32,000 nt of DNA from an uncultured bacterium (GTDB taxonomy: Bacteria; Margulisbacteria; WOR-1; CAVSGV01): NCBI GenBank assembly GCA_963699255.1, contig OY969425.1:1110001-1142000 (forward strand), read 5' to 3'. The number at the start of each line of letters is the position of its first letter. Within the stretch, counting starts at the first letter, position 1. The translations under genes were made by a program, and so were the position numbers. The notes beneath the pieces were generated by a model that saw only the letters and a list, made by a program, of their open reading frames with translations, was not told where the DNA came from and ran no database searches. Below are positions 28,037 through 32,000 of this stretch, piece by piece.

Positions 28037-28056
28037 CAGGATAACAGGAGAAGTTT

Positions 28057-28920
28057 ATGCAGAAAAGAGGCCTCGGAAAAGGATTGTCTGCGCTGATACC
28101 CAACAACCCCAACAATAACGTTCTTACCGGCGGAAGAACGATAGTGAATATCGATATCAACAAGATCGTTCCAAATCCCAGACAGCCCCGAGCGGAATTC
28201 CCCCAGGAAACCCTTACTGAACTTGCTGAGTCGATAAGATCCCAGGGGATCATTGAACCGATACTTGCCCGTCCGAAAAACGGAAAATATGAATTGATCG
28301 CGGGAGAAAGACGCTTCAGGGCGGCAAGAAAGGCGGGCCTGACGGTCCTACCCGCAATAATAAAGGATTTTTCCGATGAGGAATCTCTTGAGATCGCGCT
28401 CATCGAAAATTTACAAAGGGAAGACCTGAATCCAATGGAAGAAGCCGAAGCATACGCGAAACTTTCGAGCGAATTCCAAATAACGCAGGTGGATATCGCC
28501 AAAAAAGTGGGAAAAGACAGGTCCACCGTCGCGAACATGATGAGGCTGCTGGAGCTGCCCAAGGAAATTCAGGCAAGCATAAGGAGATCTCAAATAAGCG
28601 TAGGACATGCGAGACCGATACTTTCGCTCGAGACCGAAATGGAAAAGCTCTCCCTCTGGAAAGAAATATTAAAGAACAACCTGTCCGTCAGGGACGTAGA
28701 GCAGATCGTTCACGGCGGGGACACGGAAGCAAAAAGGCTGAAAAAAAGGAAGCTCCCAAAGAACGAGGAACTGGTAGACCTTACGGAGTTGCTGACGACG
28801 CATCTGGGAACGCGCGTCAGGATACACGGATCGATCAAAAAAGGTAAAATAGAGATCGATTATTTTTCACAGGAGGACCTGGAAAGGATAATCGAGGCCC
28901 TGACAGGGAATATCACCTAA
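28057..28920 (+). CDS. parB: Chromosome partitioning protein ParB/Spo0J
   Basis: 'KRGLGKGLSALIP', 'IVPNPRQPRAEFP', 'YELIAGERRFRAARKAGL' and 'ALIENLQREDLNPMEEAEAYAKL'. Confidence 0.97.
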   Translation: MQKRGLGKGLSALIPNNPNNNVLTGGRTIVNIDINKIVPNPRQPRAEFPQETLTELAESIRSQGIIEPILARPKNGKYELIAGERRFRAARKAGLTVLPAIIKDFSDEESLEIALIENLQREDLNPMEEAEAYAKLSSEFQITQVDIAKKVGKDRSTVANMMRLLELPKEIQASIRRSQISVGHARPILSLETEMEKLSLWKEILKNNLSVRDVEQIVHGGDTEAKRLKKRKLPKNEELVDLTELLTTHLGTRVRIHGSIKKGKIEIDYFSQEDLERIIEALTGNIT

Positions 28921-28971
28921 GATCAAATCTCATCAAGAGCAGAGCTTGCCTCTGCGAGACCGCTTGAATTC

Positions 28972-28988
28972 GCGGAGATAAACTCCGC
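28972..28988 (+). terminator. Short hairpin downstream of parB, weak terminator candidate
   Basis: GCGGAG-ATAAA-CTCCGC followed by TCTATAGGTTTTATAT. Confidence 0.35.
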
Positions 28989-29021
28989 TCTATAGGTTTT
29001 ATATAACTATTTAGTTTTGCG

Positions 29022-29086
29022 GGAACCTGCGACTGAAAGTCGCGGTTCCAATCAAAGCGGAACCGAGAGTTTTACTCTCAGGTTCC
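29022..29086 (+). repeat. Dispersed intergenic double-hairpin repeat, copy D (compact spacer)
   Basis: GGAACCTGCGACT-GAA-AGTCGCGGTTCC (29022-29049), then GGAACCGAGAG-TTTTA-CTCTCAGGTTCC (29059-29086). Confidence 0.9.
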
Positions 29087-31537
29087 ATAACTCTGAATAG
29101 TTACAGTCTTATTTCTTGAAAATATGAATTTCCTAGCTTCCAATAAAAGATTCAAAGCAAAAGAAAAGCCGGCGGCCATCAGGAAATATTCCAGGCTGAC
29201 GGCGCCTAAATTGATCTTATCGCTTATGTAAGGCACGAAAACACCGATAATCAGGACTGCGATCGCGGTCAATGCCCACAGGTTCATCACGGGATTGGTG
29301 AAAAAGCCAAGCTTATAAACCGGAGCCCTGTCCGAGCGGGATATGAAAGCCAGGGTAATGTGACCGAAGATCCATGCCGTAAAGGACAGGGTTTGCACCT
29401 GGACCAGCGGCAAACCGAGATGCCTGGCGTAGAAATAAACCCCTGTCACTGCGCAGAAAAGAACAAGACCTTTCAAGAAAACATCCATAACGGACGGAGC
29501 GTTCATTATTCGTTCTCCCCTGGCATAAGGAGAGCGGACATAAATATCTTTCTCCTCCGGCTCGCTGACAAATCCGGCCGAGGCCGCAAGGTCCATAAAA
29601 AGCTCCAGAAGGATTATCTGGATCGGGGCAAGAGGCATCGGCAGTCCCGCAATCGCCGGCAAAAGGAATATGAAAATAAGCGCCGCTTTGACCGAGAGGT
29701 AATATTTGATCCCTTTTTTCAGGTTATCATAGAATTTCCTGCCCTCAAATATGCCCTGGGTTATCGTTATGTAATTGTCATCGGCCAGGACGACTTCCGC
29801 GGCTTCTTTTGCGACATCCGTTCCGCGTATCCCCATGGCGATGCCTATATCGGCCGCCTTCAGGGCGAGCGCATCATTGACTCCATCGCCGGTTACAGCT
29901 ACAACCTCTTTGTTCTCCTGAAGGGCTTTTACTAGACGGTATTTATGCTCGGGCTCCGTGCGGGCAAAAACAACGACTTTCTTCACGAGTTCCCGCAGAT
30001 CCGCGTCCGACACTTTATCCAGTTCGGCTCCGGTGACAACTCTTCCGTCGCCGGATAAAATGCCGACCTCCCTCGCAATATATTTTGCGGTTTCAGGATG
30101 GTCGCCCGTTACCATGATGGTCCTTACTCCTGCGCCAGCCGCCCTGGCTATCGTTTCCCTTACGCCATTCCTAGGTGAATCTTCAAAACTGATCAAACCG
30201 CAGAATTTCATGCTCTGCTCCAATTTCTCCCAGTCCGCATGCACATCTTCGCCGGATAGTTCCCTGCGGCAGACAGCTATCACTCTTCGCCCAACAGAAG
30301 TCTGTTTTTTGAGCTCCATCATGACAGCGTTCTTATCAACGTTTTCGCAATGATCGATGATCTTTTCCGGCGCTCCCTTCAGGTAAAGCGCGAATTTACC
30401 CCCCTCTCCCCTGATGACCGAGTTGGTCTTCTTCTCATTGGTAAAATTGCGCTGCCGGACGATATTGAGATTCGATATTTTTCCCGCGGTCTCTTTCATC
30501 AGCACCTCATCAAGAGTGCTTGTGGACAAAGGCGTGGTCGCCATTGTCGCGCAATCCAGGACTTCCCGGCGCGCATTTCCAGGATAAATTTCCTTGATAT
30601 GCATTTTCCCTTCCGTGATCGTGCCCGTTTTGTCCGTTACAATGACGGTCGCATTCCCCAGGGTTTCGGCGGCCTTTATCCTTTTCACAAGAAAATTATG
30701 TTTCGACAAAGTATAAGCCCCCAGCCCTAGTACCATTGTAATGACTATCGGCAGTTCCTCGGGGATCGTAGCGAAAGAAAGCGACAATCCGGTCAATATC
30801 ATCGTCTTAAGGTCCTGACCCCTGAACCACCCTATTACCGGTATGATGATCGACATGAACGCCGCCACATAGACAAGTTTTCCCGCAAGGGATTTCATCT
30901 CGAGCTGAAGCGGGGTTCTCGGCGCCCTCGCCTGCTTTGCGGCGGCGGCTATCTTGCCGAGTTTTGTGTTCTGCCCCGTGGAATATATTTTTGCCGTCCC
31001 CTCCCCTGAGGTAACAACCGTGCCGGCAAACACGGCGGCGCCGTTCATTTTTTCCTGCGGGAAAGACTCTCCAGTCAATGAAGATTCGTCGATCTGCATA
31101 TCTATCGATCTGAGGATATTGGCATCGGCGGGGATCTTCGTGCCCGGCGACAGAACGAGGATGTCCCCGGGAACGATGTCCTTTGAATCTACCGCGGTTA
31201 TCCTGCCGTCGCGCAAAACCTTTGCCTTCGGGGAAGCTATCTCCTCCAGCGCGGCTATCGCTTTTTTAGCCCTGAACTCGTTATACACCTCGGCAAAAAC
31301 AAGCAGTATTATTACCACAAATATCGTAATCGCGTCATCAAGCTTGCCCCAGATGCTGTAAACGATACCAACGAAGAACAGGAGAAGTATCATCGGCTCG
31401 GTGATCTCGTGTCCGGCGATGCCGAAGAAGCTTATCTTCTCCGGCTTGAAGATCTCGTTCGGGCCGAATTCCATTAATTTTATTTGAACCTCTGCTTCTG
31501 ATAAACCAATTTCTTCCATCTTATCCATATTAATCAC
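29078..31537 (-). CDS. P-type cation-transporting ATPase (P2 type, Ca2+/H+-like); start more likely ATG at 31528
   Basis: 'SSLTGESFPQEK', 'VIVTDKTGTITEG', 'LKGAPEKIIDHC', 'VMVTGDH'-like 'IMVTGDHPETAKYIARE' and 'VVAVTGDGVNDALALKAADIGIAMG'. GAGGTG SD precedes ATG 31528. Confidence 0.95.
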   Translation of the reverse strand: MINMDKMEEIGLSEAEVQIKLMEFGPNEIFKPEKISFFGIAGHEITEPMILLLFFVGIVYSIWGKLDDAITIFVVIILLVFAEVYNEFRAKKAIAALEEIASPKAKVLRDGRITAVDSKDIVPGDILVLSPGTKIPADANILRSIDMQIDESSLTGESFPQEKMNGAAVFAGTVVTSGEGTAKIYSTGQNTKLGKIAAAAKQARAPRTPLQLEMKSLAGKLVYVAAFMSIIIPVIGWFRGQDLKTMILTGLSLSFATIPEELPIVITMVLGLGAYTLSKHNFLVKRIKAAETLGNATVIVTDKTGTITEGKMHIKEIYPGNARREVLDCATMATTPLSTSTLDEVLMKETAGKISNLNIVRQRNFTNEKKTNSVIRGEGGKFALYLKGAPEKIIDHCENVDKNAVMMELKKQTSVGRRVIAVCRRELSGEDVHADWEKLEQSMKFCGLISFEDSPRNGVRETIARAAGAGVRTIMVTGDHPETAKYIAREVGILSGDGRVVTGAELDKVSDADLRELVKKVVVFARTEPEHKYRLVKALQENKEVVAVTGDGVNDALALKAADIGIAMGIRGTDVAKEAAEVVLADDNYITITQGIFEGRKFYDNLKKGIKYYLSVKAALIFIFLLPAIAGLPMPLAPIQIILLELFMDLAASAGFVSEPEEKDIYVRSPYARGERIMNAPSVMDVFLKGLVLFCAVTGVYFYARHLGLPLVQVQTLSFTAWIFGHITLAFISRSDRAPVYKLGFFTNPVMNLWALTAIAVLIIGVFVPYISDKINLGAVSLEYFLMAAGFSFALNLLLEARKFIFSRNKTVTIQSYGT

Positions 31538-31567
31538 CTCGAAAATAATGTCAAATGACCAATTATC

Positions 31568-31632
31568 AATGACAAATTAATTCCTAATTGGTCAATTACA
31601 AATTAGGAATTGAACATTGGTAATTTGTCATT
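31568..31632. repeat. AT-rich nested inverted repeat between the tandem ATPase genes
   Basis: AATGACAAATTA (31568-31579) with TAATTTGTCATT (31621-31632), 12 bp perfect. Inside it AATTCCTAATT (31579-31589) with AATTAGGAATT (31601-31611), 11 bp perfect. Confidence 0.8.
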
Positions 31633-32000
31633 ATAATTTCATGGCTTTTTTAACTTCCATAAACCATAGAGGCAAACTTGAGAGAGCGAACAGATAAAAA
31701 AGTTCCCACCCGGAAAGAGGAACGGTATAAAAGATCTTCTGCAGCATCGGGACATATATTACCATGAGCTGCAGAAGCACCGTCAAGGCAACGGACAGGA
31801 CAAGGTACATGTTCGAAAATATCCCGACCTTGAACACCGAGGCGGTTTCCGATTTGCAGTTGAAGACGTGGTACATCTCAAGAAGCGCGAGGGCAGAAAA
31901 AGCGAGCGTCCTGCCCTTCGCTACGCTGTCTCTCATTCCTACCGTGAACAGGAACAACGAAACCGCGGCGATTATCAGCCCGATAAATACCATGGAAACT
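31631..32000 (-). CDS. P-type cation ATPase, C-terminal (Cation_ATPase_C-like) part, continues beyond right edge
   Basis: 'GRTLAFSALALLEMYHVFNCKSETASVFKVGIFSNMYLVLSVALTVLLQLMVIYVPMLQKIFYTVPLSGWELFYL' is typical of the P2-ATPase C-terminal TM domain. Confidence 0.85.
   Translation of the reverse strand, partial: VSMVFIGLIIAAVSLFLFTVGMRDSVAKGRTLAFSALALLEMYHVFNCKSETASVFKVGIFSNMYLVLSVALTVLLQLMVIYVPMLQKIFYTVPLSGWELFYLFALSSLPLWFMEVKKAMKL

Noticed and set aside
27272-28920. parS site near parAB
   Set aside because: I did not find TGTTTCACGTGAAACA or a close variant by eye. A computed search would be needed.
1-32000. CRISPR array, tRNA or rRNA genes, integrase/transposase genes
   Set aside because: No regular spaced repeats, no recognisable tRNA/rRNA and no transposase motifs were seen in any supplied ORF.

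Overview
This window looks like an ordinary stretch of chromosome from a diderm bacterium, probably an uncultured lineage. That placement is inferred from the BamA/TamA-like, TamB-like and OMP-like genes. Left to right it contains: a FecCD/BtuCDF-like ABC uptake operon on the minus strand; ftsK; two small HEAT-like ORFs sharing an identical 15-nt leader; a translationally coupled plus-strand surface-glycan operon (GT4, GT4, SDR epimerase, DegT aminotransferase, polysaccharide deacetylase) running into cstA; an alpha/beta hydrolase; an unrecognised ORF pair separated only by an in-frame TAG; gmk-rpoZ-coaBC on the minus strand; an outer-membrane-like protein; a small membrane protein; a TamB-like gene and a BamA/TamA-like gene; rsmG-parA-parB; and two tandem P-type cation ATPases. 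I did not find a convincing new defence or mobile system. The best unexplained signal is a dispersed intergenic double-hairpin repeat: four clear copies plus one diverged candidate, each hairpin carrying a single-base bulge. GC-rich sub-elements occur inside its loops, and related palindromes sit inside two coding regions. Other items worth checking are probable frameshifts in gmk and tamB, possible ATT initiation codons on two secreted/OM genes, an FecCD-type permease missing its hallmark segment, a compacted DegT aminotransferase, and two near-leaderless promoter arrangements.
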